DNA of 63,770 nucleotides, filler included, from Basidiobolus ranarum (Eukaryota): NCBI GenBank assembly GCA_040143965.1. It is 14 parts of 14 records of this genome, joined end to end, with 100 filler letters (N's around TTAATTAATTAA, not from the genome) between each part and the next. Parts side by side here need not be neighbours in the genome. Positions count along the whole stretch, not along the records: positions 9,163 to 13,636 come from JASJQH010001950.1; positions 13,737 to 18,208 come from JASJQH010001951.1; positions 18,309 to 22,778 come from JASJQH010001952.1; positions 22,879 to 27,345 come from JASJQH010001953.1; 10 more parts are not named here. One strand, 5' to 3'. Shown piece by piece: positions 12,616 to 25,899 of this stretch (position 1 is its first letter; each line of letters starts with the position of its first letter). The notes under the pieces were generated by a model. It saw only the letters and a program-made list of their open reading frames with translations, ran no database searches and was not told where the DNA came from. The position numbers and the translations under genes were made by a program.

Positions 12616-12623
12616 TATTTATA
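12616..12623 (-). promoter_or_regulatory. TATA box of the small secreted protein gene
   Basis: TATAAATA on the minus strand upstream of the ATG at 12570. Confidence 0.6.
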
Positions 12624-13736
12624 AAAAAATGGAAGTAAAAAACCTTCACTATTTGTGAAGCAACATCCTCATTCTAGTAAAAAGCAAAGTAATTCAGAAT
12701 GCTGCAAACCTTGTGTACGCATATTCACCAAAAATGAAAGAAGGTGCTACAAGTATGGTTATAGACAATTGAGCATATTTATGCTGGGGATATTGCGTGC
12801 GATGACACTAAAAATAGCCATTTGTAGTAACACCTGTCATGTATTAACGTAATAGAAGCAGTTGTAATTACTATGATGATATTCTTGCTCTTCGCGGGAT
12901 CTTATTTGCTAGCATGATTACAAATGAAAAATTGCAAAAGTATTGCAAAGTATTAAAGATATAACGTACTATTTTTACTTAAATAACTTGAGAGATGTAT
13001 GGTTACTAACGTTAAAAACTTTATTCTAGCTGCTTGTCCAAAATACTTCTTATTGAACACCCTAGCGCATTCAACTGATCAATTGCACATACGTACAAGC
13101 CATTACATTACTTACATTAGATATAATGGAATGTTTATTTTATTAATACCATTTAAATACATTGGAAGTTTGAATGAGGAAGTTGATGCAATGCATGCGG
13201 AAAAATTATGTAAATAGAAAAGTCAAATCCCTGCTCTGTTTAACTTGGCTTTTAGATACTTCCGGAAGAAAGGAATATAATGATGGTCCATTAATGTGTA
13301 ATGGGCTCCAGGTACGTTGATAAACTGTTTGTCAATCGAGTAAAATCATCCCCAGATTGAAACATACCATCTAATCAATCATCCTTCTTATCTGCTAGTA
13401 GAACAGCATCAAATACCAATACTTATTCTACATTTCCTCGGGGTTTGTAATTGCAACCCTATTACAGCAAAGATTCAGCAATATCTACTTATTTCTCAAG
13501 TTGAGCCTGATTAATTTCTACTTCTTTATGATGGAGAAAAGAATATTAGCAATGGTCCCGATGATAATCCTCATCTGGGGAACTTTCCCAGTGCAGTAGA
13601 AAGAGGAGTTATGCTTTGTCATTATGAATCTACGATNNNNNNNNNNNNNNNNNNNNNNNNNNNNNNNNNNNNNNNNNNNNTTAATTAATTAANNNNNNNN
13701 NNNNNNNNNNNNNNNNNNNNNNNNNNNNNNNNNNNN

Positions 13737-14589
13737 GTCCATACCATTACACATATCGTCCACTCGCCGACAGTAATCACAAAACTTACTATATAAATTC
13801 GATACCTCGTCGAATGGTAGTTTGCAAAATGCAAGCTGTGCTCGTCGAACAAATACACCAAATACACTATCTCTCTCCTTGAAATATATTTAGGTTAGAA
13901 TGACCGAAGAGAGAGGTACAAACGTCAGGCTTCATATATCATACCAGGAGAAGTTCTTCAAACTATAACAATGACAATTTTTCATTAATACACTAGAATT
14001 AAGAATATAAACTCATGGAATGCTAGCATTACTAACCTCCTCTGCAACCTCGGGATCCTCAGACCTGATTAATTTTTGAAGGTCTAATAAAATCAGGGTA
14101 AACTTCAAATTATCCTCTTTCTGTTTGTTGAATATATATGAAGCTATTTACCTTTGAAAAAGTCATATAGATCGTTTGGAGTTTCAAGTTCTTCCAGCTG
14201 CATGAAGTAGTACTTAGAAACGAAAGAAGGTTGGAATCAATTATTTTCTCTACACAACTTACACGTGCTACCAAGATGTTTCGTATACTATCTCCGCTTT
14301 GAGATACCATGTTTTCCAATTGAGTGTAAAAGTTAACCATCATTGTCTTTTTATCTTTATCGTGACCAGCGTTCTAATATTTTTGTTTTTATATAAATCA
14401 TCAGCCCGTTTAACCAAAACTCTTTTCTAATCTTACTCAAGAGGAAAGCTAATTTCTTACCTGGATTTCTGACATTAAGAAGAATACTAAAGATTGGTTA
14501 ACCTCGGTATCCCAAGACAAATTTCTGGTGTATTCATCTATTAGAATAAGTACGGCAATTTTATGAGAAGTTAAAAAAGTGTTGGTCAT
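13737..14589 (-). CDS. APC5: Anaphase-promoting complex subunit 5, N-terminal exons, 3' truncated
   Basis: Manual splicing gives MTNTFLTSHKIAVLILIDEY...LEELETPNDLYDFFKDL...ERDSVFGVFVRRAQLAFCKLPFDEVSNLYSKFCDY. This matches the Apc5 N-terminal T.[HY]KIAVL and S..G.F.R...LA..KL.F motifs. Includes an 18-nt micro-exon (FEELLL). Confidence 0.85.
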
Positions 14590-15086
14590 TATGTGAAGAG
14601 TTAGCTAGGGAATGAACCAAAAGAATCGGTCTCTATGTGAAGCATTCTATCGAGTCATTACTTTGATAAAATCAATGTTTATTTACAAATAAACAAATTT
14701 CTTGTTGTTATCATTTATTCATATTTAAGGTGAACGAGTTTTTTTGGTTAACAATGAACTATATTAATCTGTAGAGTTCATTGGGATGTTCATATTTGCT
14801 AATTATTATTACAATTGCTGATGGTCGATATGATAAATCGATTTAGATTTAGATTACAAGATGTGGCTGGTGACGTAAGTAAAGCTCCACTACATCAAGA
14901 TGAACTTATGCTGAGAATAGTATGCAAATACTAAGTACACTCTAACTAAATATATGGATAGGTTATGGATAAATGAATGCAGAGCAGGCTTTAGAGGGAA
15001 ATATATACTTGGCGCGAGATTTGCAAAGATAAGCCGTTGAAATTATTAAAGGTGTGATAGACTAAAGAGATTACTCCCCCTACTGT

Positions 15087-18000
15087 TTACCGTCTGACGA
15101 GAACGACATCCCACCCAAACCATGAGGAAAACAATACTATCGCATCTCTTCCATCCAGAGTCCCACCAAAATTAGCACTACACCAGGGATCTATAGCTAA
15201 CAATCTGATACAGATACCAAGGATGAAGCATATCAGTCCAAGTCCCACTACCTGAATTAAACTAAAGGCAGGGATCTGTTCAGTAAGGAGGGGTGTTTTG
15301 GTGTTGCTGACAGTGTGCATCCATCGCTGTCGGTTATTAAGCATCAATGAATTTCTTTTGCCAATTGAGCCCTGCCTTGGACGTAAGCGATTGAAACTCA
15401 TTGCCCATTGATCCATGGTTGAGACCTAAACGCTTCGGTAAGAATTGGAGATATTTGAAATCAAGTAGAATTACCACTTACCGAATTGAATGACTTTCCA
15501 TTGGGAATCGATTCAGGGAATGCATCTTCCAACTCCTCGACCTCTTCGGAATAGCCCCTAATAGGTTCGAAGGTGGAATTATCCACGATGTCTTCCAAGA
15601 AGTCACTAAATAATCCATGTTCAGCTGAATGTCGTATGAATGTCGAGTTATGACTAGAAAATACCTGATTCCGTTACTTTTAATCTTGTAGAGACTCTTG
15701 ACGATCTCCGATGTCTCAAGTTTGTCACCGTTGTTCTTGATCACTTGAATCGGATGTTTGTTGATCAAGACACTACCACTCCACTCGTCATCTTCCCCAT
15801 CTTTTTCTACCTTGCTGATGGAATCAATGTTAAAATTTAAGATCCAATTGGCATTGGCAGTAGATGCTATGTCATTGTATCCACTGAACTCGACTTCAGA
15901 GCCGAAACTGTTGTTTTTACAGACGTATTGTACCACACGAATCAGGTGCTTGTTGTGCTTTGAGGAAGATTTCAAAGAAGTAGAGTATGACGGTGCGGGG
16001 GGAATATCAACAACATAAACAGCAACTGGTACATTTAATGAATTGTAGGCTGCAACAAAAGGTACTCCGGGAGAAACGTTCGCCTGAATCTCATATCCAC
16101 CTGGATATCGGTTCAAGTCAATCACCAAGTCTAGTATGACCACAAATTCCATTTGTAATTCTAAAAGATCACTTGAACTAGATCCTCTACCGTCAACTTC
16201 CTCGGGAAGATCTGCAAGTTGGAACATGGTAGAGATTTGATATTGATGACTTGAATCATCAAATGAAGAATTCAACACTACACTGTTCGATAGTTCGAAG
16301 TGATGAAGTTCCGAGGATGGGACGGCTTTTCCGTTGATTTCAACGAGATTCATTTTCCGTTCACGTCCACTGGGATTCCCTTCATCCGTGGCGTTGGGAA
16401 GCAGTTCAGTATGCTGTTTAGGTAGGATAGGGTACGGAGGTGGTCCATTGTTCTTGAGATAATTCTCTACGTTAAGAATATGCTTCGGTAGTTTAGGCGT
16501 TACCATGTTACTTAGAGAGCTAGGAACGGATCCACCCAGATCTAATAGCGCATAAATACTGACTCTGGTGGAAGGGATAGGGTAGTTGGTAGAGGTCTGA
16601 TAAGGATCAACAAGCTCACAAGTCCATCCATACAGGGGTAAATTGGCCCGTACATGAGTGTTGATGATATTAGGTGAGAAAGGAACGGATGTGCTACTGA
16701 AGTAGATAGTCGAAGTCGGTGAAGCCGAAGCATAAGTGCAAGTAATGGTAACTAGATCTCTAGCCCTATATAATAATGAACATTAGAAATCGAATAAAAT
16801 AGGCTTTATCAACTAAAATGGCTCTACTACTTAAGTGGAAAGAGCCCTTTAACAAATTGATGGGCTATGGTGAATCCATTGTCAAGCACCTCTAATACCA
16901 TTCCAGTGTCAAAAGTGTCATCCCCTGAAATGATTTGAAAATGTTAGAGGGAGTTCTTGTTACTTTAACGATGCTTTCAAGACTTACAAGTCTGTCGACA
17001 CCCAGGTGAACAAATCACCGCTGCGATATCTTCTGGAGCAAACCCTTCAATAACCTTGACTCCTCTAAGGGTAGGCATTGAGCTAGAAAGTTCTGAAATA
17101 TACTGTTTGGATACCGAAAGGCCGGTTTTGGTTGAACTGGAAATCAGAGCCCAGTTCTCATCTGGTTCTGACTGAAGCCTCTTCAAGAGCTCAACAGAGG
17201 ATCTTGCTAAATCTTTTGGTGAGAGTAGGGGAGGGGTGTTGTTTAGGTCACACATAGAGCCAGATATTGAGGAAGAGCTACTAGATTTTAAAACTTCGCT
17301 CCTGCTATGACTGATACTACTATAAATTGATTCCGATAAAAGCAAGTTAGATAATGTTGCAACAGAAACTATTCATAGTCTAGTGAATCCTACTTCGAAC
17401 GGGTCATATCGGGACTAGATCTCTCTCCCTGTTCTCCTTCCTTAGAGCCTTTAATTTGAGAACCTGAGACATGCAACTTGGGCGAGTGTGACTCGCTAGC
17501 CAGAGCCTCATCACGACTACTCCATACGGCCATCCTATAACCATTAATCTTAAATCCATTCCCAACCGAAGCTTTCCGAATCTTTATGGTAACCAAAAGA
17601 TCTTCTTCGAGAAGGTTATTCGGCTTATGTTGAATTTCAAATCTCATCCCAGTGGAATCATTTGTGCTTTTGAAGCAAACAAAAGATGTGAAATGCTCGA
17701 CTATTGAGTTAGCCTCCATTTCAACTACTGCATTACCTCCGTTAGACCACTTTGTATGATCAAGGCGGATTATCATAGAGCTATGCTTCTGAACCGATGC
17801 TTCTCTGGAGTTCGATTTATTGGTAAATACCTTGTATCGTAATGTATATAAATTCTTTCTATGATTGTAATCAGCTTCGATGATTGAGCAGTTATCATAA
17901 CTCAAAACGTTAGGTGGCGCACCATGCATCTCGAGATAGTCAACAACATCGGCAATGTTTAACGGTATGTTGGTGGTCAGTAAGTTGAGTAGTGAAGAGG

Positions 18001-18208
18001 GAATCCACCCCTTGGGGTCCATTTGTACAATGTAAGTGACACGGACATGATTCACCCCTATTTCTTCAAAATGCCAACCAGCTATGTCTAGTTGGGCTCG
18101 GACACATGAGTTACTGTTAGGTAATTGGTCTTCTTCATCAGTAGAGAACCCGAACGTATAGATGGCCTTGGAAGTTACATGATTAGCCATCATAACAATC
18201 ATATCACG
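15087..18208 (-). CDS. Tandem START (StAR-related lipid-transfer) domain protein with C-terminal transmembrane helix, spliced, 5' truncated
   Basis: Two START C-terminal signatures: VRAQLDIAGWHFE..VRVTYIVQMDPKGWIPSSL and RDLV..VRANLPLYGW..RVSIYALLDLGGSVPSSL. Hydrophobic LIQVVGLGLICFILGICI near the C-terminus. Frames join through GT-AG introns. Confidence 0.85.
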
Positions 18209-18920
18209 NNNNNNNNNNNNNNNNNNNNNNNNNNNNNNNNNNNNNNNNNNNNTTAATTAATTAANNNNNNNNNNNNNNNNNNNNNNNNNNNNNNNNNNNN
18301 NNNNNNNNTGCCTCTCTATAGAGCCTAGTCATGATGTCGTAGCATATCTTTCGATGAGACAATAGCGCTAGTCCACTGGACAAGCGGTTCTAACTAAGCC
18401 AAATGTTTTAAATCATCCAGTCATGAGAAAGACACGGTAGAACTTAAAATGACGTCAAATTATATGCATCGGTTACATCAAGTCTAGTGTCAATCAATTG
18501 ATGTTTCACAGACTTGTTGTGAGAATATGACTAAGCCAGTACGGAGCTAGTATTTTCGATCTGCAGCGAGCTTATTTCTTAACTTCTGGGATATGTCATG
18601 CTGTGACTTCACAAAGGTTAATCCAACTATATACTGCATGGGGAGTTCAGCCTAAAAAGATGCTTGCTTCTTTGCTAGTCTTGGCTGACATAATTTCCTT
18701 CAACACCACTGCCTAAATAAACTGATTGAATGATCCCAGGATTAGTTCATACTTTCAACGGTCTAATCTGATTATCCAATCAAAACTCATGAACCAAGCT
18801 TTAGACTCATATAAGAGATCGTACTTTATAAAGAAATCCGCATTAAACGTCGTATCTTCACTTTTAACGTAAGCTCTTCAATCCCAATCTTTGAAACTAG
18901 CATAATACTAGACACTACTA

Positions 18921-19992
18921 ATGGTCGAACACCAGCGCTCCATGTTCAAAAGCGATTATCCACCCGGACACCTGCGAAAACTGACCCTTTCGTACTTGAA
19001 GGATTGGATTATTGTTGCAGTCCTCACTGTTGGCTTCTTCTTGATAGATAAAATCTCCCCTTTTCAAAGAGACTTTTCCTTGCAAAACAAATCAATCAGC
19101 TTTCCATACAAAGATAAGGAAACAATACCTATCTGGTTGGGTGTTGTTTTTGCTCTTGTGATACCCCTCGTGATACTAGTATTCATTGCCCTGGTCATCA
19201 AACGCAGCCCATACGATTGCCACAATGCACTGTTAGGGTTATGTCTATCATTGTCTTTAGCCCTTATGTTTACTGACGTACTAAAAATCACAGTTGGACG
19301 TCATCGACCTGATTTCATATCTCGGTGCCAAGTTCTCAATGAGAACGGACAGCCTCCTCAAGATCCCCCGTTAGGTTTGACCTCCACTGCAATTTGTACG
19401 CAAACAAATGAATATATCTTCAATGATGGTCTCAAAAGTTTTCCTAGTGCACATACATCATGTAAGTCGTTCTGGTAACGGGAATATCAATCAGGAAGTA
19501 TTACTAACATATTCCCAACTAGTGGGGTTCAGTGGTTTAGGATTTCTTAGTTTGTATTTAGCTGGTAAATTACACATGTTTGATGGACGTGGACATACAT
19601 ACAAGAGCTTTCTAGTGGTTTTGCCTTTGATTGGAGCCCTATTGATCGGTATTTCGCGTATATGCGACTACAGGCACCATTGGTCCGATGTATTTATTGG
19701 AGCACTTATTGGAATCTCAACCGCAAGCTTTTCATACCGACAATACTACCCTTCACTAGGTATCAGTAGGTGCGACAAGCCCTTCTCGCCGCGCATACCG
19801 AGACCAATTTCTAAAGCCGTCAACATACTCAGTAGAGACGAAACACATGAGAATACGGAAGAATTCAATTTGCCTCAATTTAAAAGATCCACCTCCAAAG
19901 TTGATCAATTACGTAGCGTTGCAGTAGACAATGAACATGAAATGAAACCAAATGTACATCATACAAAAGTTCTATCGCAAAATGATGAGTGA
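18921..19992 (+). CDS. PAP2-family lipid phosphate / diacylglycerol pyrophosphate phosphatase (DPP1/LPP1-like), one intron at 19462-19522
   Basis: Catalytic motifs C1 KITVGRHRP, C2 PSAH and C3 SRICDYRHHWSD, with multiple TM segments. Confidence 0.93.
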
Positions 19993-20825
19993 GAGTTCAT
20001 ACCAGAAATCACCATGAAATAGTAATTCAGATTTGTTAGCATGGTAAAGAGACTACGTTACCAAGCAAAAGGCCCCAATATAGCATTTGTATTAATAGCA
20101 ACATACCCTTCGATAATGGACATTGCAAATATGCTTTGACATCCAGATCGACTTGAATAAATCCGCAAAATACCTGGAAAACGTAGGTTAGTATCAGAGA
20201 TCCTTATCCTAATTTTACCGAAGCTGAGCAATATCTCTAAACCAGTAGAACAACCATCATAGAACCTTTTTAACTGTTACTTTATATTTGAATATCCTTT
20301 GCCCCATGTCGTACGGAATTCACGGGCTGCCTAACCTACTTCGATAGATGTCCCAACCCTTTCCGTGCAATACTTGATCTACGGTATAATATAGTAAAGG
20401 CGGTATTTATAGACAATAGTATTCTTACCAGGATATACTGCTAAGTGGGTTTCGGCTTTATCACATCATACTATTGCATCGACAAGTATTGGCGGCTTAA
20501 TGCAGAATTGAAGCGCAAACAGCTTGTCATGTCCAACGAGTTGGCAAAGTTACATGCGCACGCTTTTCAGTTACACATGATCAATTTGAACAGCTGTTGA
20601 CCTCGACTGATGACGGTACATACTCATGATATATTGCTTCTTGTATCAATGTCATCAGCCATTACTTCAGTTTTCGCATTACAGGCAAATAAGCCTTGAT
20701 TCCAAACGAAACTTGATTACTTCAATTAGTTCGGAAATAAGCTGGTTTATTGAATTTTTTCTACAAGACAAAATTTTTGAATCGTGATTACGAACACGAA
20801 CTGAGCATCTTTTGTTAATGATCAA

Positions 20826-21401
20826 CTAATCCACAATGTACAAACCGAGCCAACTTAAGCTCAGCAATAAGCAAGTGACTATCCTGGGATACTGCTTACC
20901 TACCGCTTCTGATACAGAGCCCAAGTGACTCATAGGATTGGACTGGATTGGTTTGCTGTTTTCCAAATGTTTCCAGTCCAAATCCATGTTAGTTTCATGA
21001 ACCACGTGCGTAACATCGTTCTTATCTGGAATTCCCACTGCGAGGATGGTGAAGTTATGTGAAGGTCGATGAAAATCATTTTCCGGATCAGCAAATTCTA
21101 GGTAGTAATCGGTACCAGGAGGTATCGATTTTGGTACCGTCCACTTGATTATTCCTTCAGAGCCAACATTCTGTGCTATGCTAGCGATTTGCTTTGGGTG
21201 TTCTGGATCGCCATTTGCTCGGTATAGATCCAGTGAGACGTTCGGATATGTAGATTCAAAATTCTCTTTAGTTTCGTAGGTAATCTCCACGCTCTGCCCT
21301 CGAGTCCATGTTGTTTTATGAGTAGGCGAGATTATTTTAAATTTCACTGCCAACGTAATTGGAAGGACCAAAAGTCCCCAAGTGAACCAAGGCACATGCA
21401 T
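20826..21401 (-). CDS. Kre9/Knh1-like N-terminal Ig-like domain secreted, probably GPI-anchored, protein (about 191 aa)
   Basis: Signal peptide MHVPWFTWGLLVLPITLA, then I.SP....W..GQ.V.I..., G...WTVP..IP.G.DY...SH.FTI, and a hydrophobic C-terminal tail. True start judged to be 21401 rather than 21722. Confidence 0.82.
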   Translation of the reverse strand: MHVPWFTWGLLVLPITLAVKFKIISPTHKTTWTRGQSVEITYETKENFESTYPNVSLDLYRANGDPEHPKQIASIAQNVGSEGIIKWTVPKSIPPGTDYYLEFADPENDFHRPSHNFTILAVGIPDKNDVTHVVHETNMDLDWKHLENSKPIQSNPMSHLGSVSEAVGKQYPRIVTCLLLSLSWLGLYIVD

Positions 21402-22878
21402 GATGTATACTAGACTTGGTGGAGCGGATTTTGATCGCGATTTTAGTAAGTGAGATGTCAAAGAACGAGGGCTAAAAGACAAAAGGTTAATTGACCAAAA
21501 GAAGGATCTTCCCTGGTGAACCCATATCTTATAACAATTGGTATTTGTTTGAGAAATGTTATCTGTTTCCAATTGTTTTTCGAATGAGCTTCTCAAAGGA
21601 ATATAATCGCATTGCACTCTGAAATTTGGTACAGGTTTGAACCAAGTGAGTGAATACAAACTTTGCTGATCAGATTTGTGACATTGTGCATGTGTGGTCT
21701 GTTTGAAACTGATTTTGCTCATGTAACTTAAATAAAAGTGGCCAATTCAACGGCAGTTGCGACTTGTCAGAAGAAATGCACTTCACTGCACACAATGTTG
21801 GATGTATGGCACATGGAACCTGGTTTGAGTTTGACACAAAAATTCCATCATTTTTGTTTACTTTCCTTGTGTAGGTTTCTACGATTGGGTTTTGGGCGTC
21901 TGGAACATGTTTGAGGCTTGAATTAAATGGATGGAGCTATGAATTATGAGTGAATGCCCAATCAGCTGAATATATGCGTAATAGGTACTCAAAAAATAAT
22001 CTATTCCCACAAACCAGTCACCCTGCCAACACTATTGGTATCCATTCCGACACCTATCAGTAGATCAGATCTATACAAAATCTAGGATGAAATAGGAGTT
22101 CACAACATAGTCAGCTGAGCAGATGATTAAGCTAAATCTGAGTCGTAGCTATTTTACAGTCTACACTTGACTGTCTTCAAAGAGTATAGAATGAGCTTTA
22201 TTTTTGGGGATATATTGTGCAAGCCCCAGTCTTCTGTTGTTGAGCACGTTAGATATCCAAGTTGGATTTCATGTAAAGGAAAGAATCGTTTGGTTACAGA
22301 TTGACAGATACTGGGGTAGAGCGCTTACACGGTACAGTTACTTACTTTCACGAAGCTCTCCGCTATGCTCAGAAGTCCCGATCCTTTGGTAGGACGCATT
22401 GGAGCCAGACTACTAATTGACTCGTAATTGGGACAGATCCAAGTCTATTTGTGGACTTAGTCTAGGCTTCCAAGGTAGTTGGCCCGCTCATCGTACTAAA
22501 TTCGAACACTCGTATCCAAAAGCATCACCGAGATGGCTATACATGGAGATCGTTAATATCCAGATCATTGACTACATATGTCGAGTTCACTCTGATGAAA
22601 TAACCTTTCTCAGCTAGACAATCAGAGAATGTGACGCTTTTAGAATGATCAGTCCATCAAATGATTTATCCACTATTCATGTTTGCGCTCATTTGAGCTC
22701 ATGTGAATACAAAGCGCCTAACCAGATTTACTGGGGAAACAGCCTTACATCAACAACGAAGGCCACAGCCAATGGAGTNNNNNNNNNNNNNNNNNNNNNN
22801 NNNNNNNNNNNNNNNNNNNNNNTTAATTAATTAANNNNNNNNNNNNNNNNNNNNNNNNNNNNNNNNNNNNNNNNNNNN

Positions 22879-23900
22879 TCAGTGTAATTGGGTACTAGTC
22901 GAAATGGTAATGATTGAGGGGTTCAATGATTTTTGATTAAGAGCTTGAGATATTGATGGGCGAGGACTTCACCCCTCCTATATATAAAGCTTGCAAAGCC
23001 TGAAACTGATTTGAAGGATAAATGACAACGATTGATGGATGCCAACAGATATTCATCATTGAAATCAGTGCAATGTGATACAATTATCAAATTGATTGCC
23101 AAACTCTTATAAAAGGCATTCTGGAGCTGGAGAATTCGATAATCAGCGCTCAGCCGATCGTCATTTTAACCCAGAACCGAGTGGTTGATCCGTATGTTGA
23201 AGCCCACTCATTGCACTTGTAGGGTCTTCAGCGCAGACTGTTTCAATTTTTTATTAAGTAAGTTTAATCTCAAGATCCTGCGCAGTGGTTTCGTAACAAT
23301 AGACTGTGATCCAACTTGGTAAAATAACTTGATCTATGGGTAGAGATAGGATCAGCCAGTACAGAGGCCTGTAATTTTGTACTCCTTGAGCAACGAGTAG
23401 ACGCATCCTCATACACCTCAAGGAGTCAGCGAATGTTGAGTATTCTTTATGCGTTGACCACTTGCTCAAATTGCTGGAAACGCAGAAGGGGTTCGGAACA
23501 GTTGAAATTACGTAGAGCCTATAGGTAGCATCGAAAGAGTGCTGGTAAACAGCCCTTGTCTCCTCCATTATGAAGGCTTGGATTAGCGAGGCCTGGCTCG
23601 CGTAAATTCAGGTGAAAGTTAATCTTGCGAGTGTCTGTGGAACACACCCGAGGCTATTAGACTACCACCTGGTTGATATTGAGATAGTCGAGGTTTCCCT
23701 CCACATGCATGTTATTAAAAGAGGACAACACTCTGATAGCATCTAGAACACATTAAAATCATCGCAAATATTAAGTAGATCCATAAGGAATTGAGTAGTA
23801 GATGGAGAGTCCTCGTGCTACCTGAAAAAGAGATTGTCTGGTTGATGATCGTGATGGTGACCGTCAAATTCTTCTACAACAAAATAACCACAGGCCAATG
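22879..23900 (-). mobile_element. Possible decayed LINE ORF2 (AP-endonuclease region)
   Basis: Broken frames containing LNICDDFNV (GDFN-like) and GNLDYL. Heavily degenerate. Confidence 0.3.
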
Positions 23901-25899
23901 GAGTCCATCCAAAGTAAAACACTCAGAGTTAGAGTAGACTTTCGTAGTAATTGAAGACTGGTTTGACAATCTAATAAAATGGCGCATGCGCTTCTACTAT
24001 CCCCTAAACGCGCCTTGTTGTCAAATGGTTACACATGTGATTGAGACTTTGTAGAGGAAATAAGAAAAACCAAAATCACCAAAGTCAAATGAAAAGCCAC
24101 CCAGATTGCCTACATACTAGTGAGAGCTGCCAGGGTTGAATCACCCGCGGATTCCAACTCTGATTTCGATCCACATTTCATTTAACTTAATGCACAGGTC
24201 TGACTGCCTCCATTCAGAGTTGACGCTGCATGCAAAAGCCTATTTAGATATGATTTGATCCATGAAGGCCATATAGGAACTTTGCAGCCTGAGCTAAGGA
24301 TCGATAAGCATCATACTCGTAAGGGCAGCTAATTTCTTTCAGTGCATTATGTTTCAAGTAGTGTCGCTCAAAAAAGGAAGTTGTGACGAACTGATGCTGT
24401 GTAAAGCGATTATCAATGTTCAACGTAGAACATATTTGATACGAAATTGCATTTGGGCAAGATATGGCAGACATCTGATAGAACCTCATATGAATAAACA
24501 TCAGATAATCAGAACTCCATTAATTTGTGGTGTGTAGCGTAGCATGAAAAGTGTCAGTATGAGAGATTCGGTGATAGTATTTTAACATTGCTCTTCCAAC
24601 TTTATGCGATTATTATCCCGATTTGCGGTGACATCCTGTTAGTACTAACTGTATGTATGTTTCCTGATACGCCCCATTTAGGTTTACGGGTAATAGAGCT
24701 AGTCTATTCAGTTGCTCAAGGGAGTATGTGCTGTGCTGCGCTGCAGTAAAGGATAGTCAAGTGAGAACAGGACACACTAGTATTAGCCATATTAATAGGA
24801 TCGTACATTTAAAGGGATGCTCCTTCAAGCAATATGCATTCAAATGAAATGGGTACCAGCGCCAGATGTCATCCATTGATCAACGCAGAGCATGAAGAAT
24901 GAATGGGAAGATCGATATGATTGCGAAATGCTGAAGCGGTAGGAACTAAAACCAATGATTTGGAGTCGGCAGCACTCTATGTTGCATGTTCAATGCAACA
25001 TTTATGGTTTACGTGAGCATTTGCCAAATTACAAATATGACGATTTACTCAATTGCTCAAATTGAGATCAATCCAAAATAAATCTGAGATTATTAATGTA
25101 GGGTGTGCAGACTCTGCACAAGCTAACTAACATTCAGGGATCTAATTTGTGTTCGCTACTCAAATTAATCCAAAAATCCTCACTGGGCTCAGGTAGGATA
25201 CAATAATATTACCGCCATCGCTTAGACAACATGCTATGCATTTATTACTGTTGGAATGTTGTTTCTAGCGAAGAATCCAAGAGAATAGGCCGCACTGCAC
25301 ATAACATACTTCATGCGTCCGAATGCAAGGGACAAAGCTACCTAATAATTTATCCGCGATATGTGTTTTGAGACTAAGGAGCGTTGTCTTTGGCATTGAA
25401 ATTCACACTCTAAATCAAATACAAATGCCACCTTAATTGTCGCTTGCTCTGGTGAAATGCTCTAACGGATATCCCATTGGCTCTGCATCAATCGGCTTCA
25501 TTTCAGAGGGTAGTCGAGTTGCATCTAGCGCGGGTGAGCAGAGTTGTCCAATTAAACGATTGGAATGATGCTAATGAGGTAACTGGAAATGAAAAGGTTT
25601 CCATTAAGACAGTTCAACCTTAAATTGGATTTCTGAACCAGAACTGGGGAATTATTACACTTGTGACTCCTTTCCTAAAAAGTAGGTTTATCAGCATTGA
25701 TATAGTAGATAATGTCAACTGCATTCCGAAATCAGGTAGAATAAGGCTACCAAGCAGGTTAAACGCGGTTTAAACTCTCCTGAAATACAGTTTCCAACTC
25801 CTTAGTGCAATTGGGAGGTATAAAAGACCAAATTTGCTTTGATTAAGTTTTAGCAATTGTGGAGCTCTGAGACCTTATCTACGAAACGCCTCTTTAAGG

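Noticed and set aside
21402..21722. N-terminal extension of the 298-aa ORF
   Set aside because: The signal peptide begins at Met 21401, and the upstream part looks like open 5' flank.
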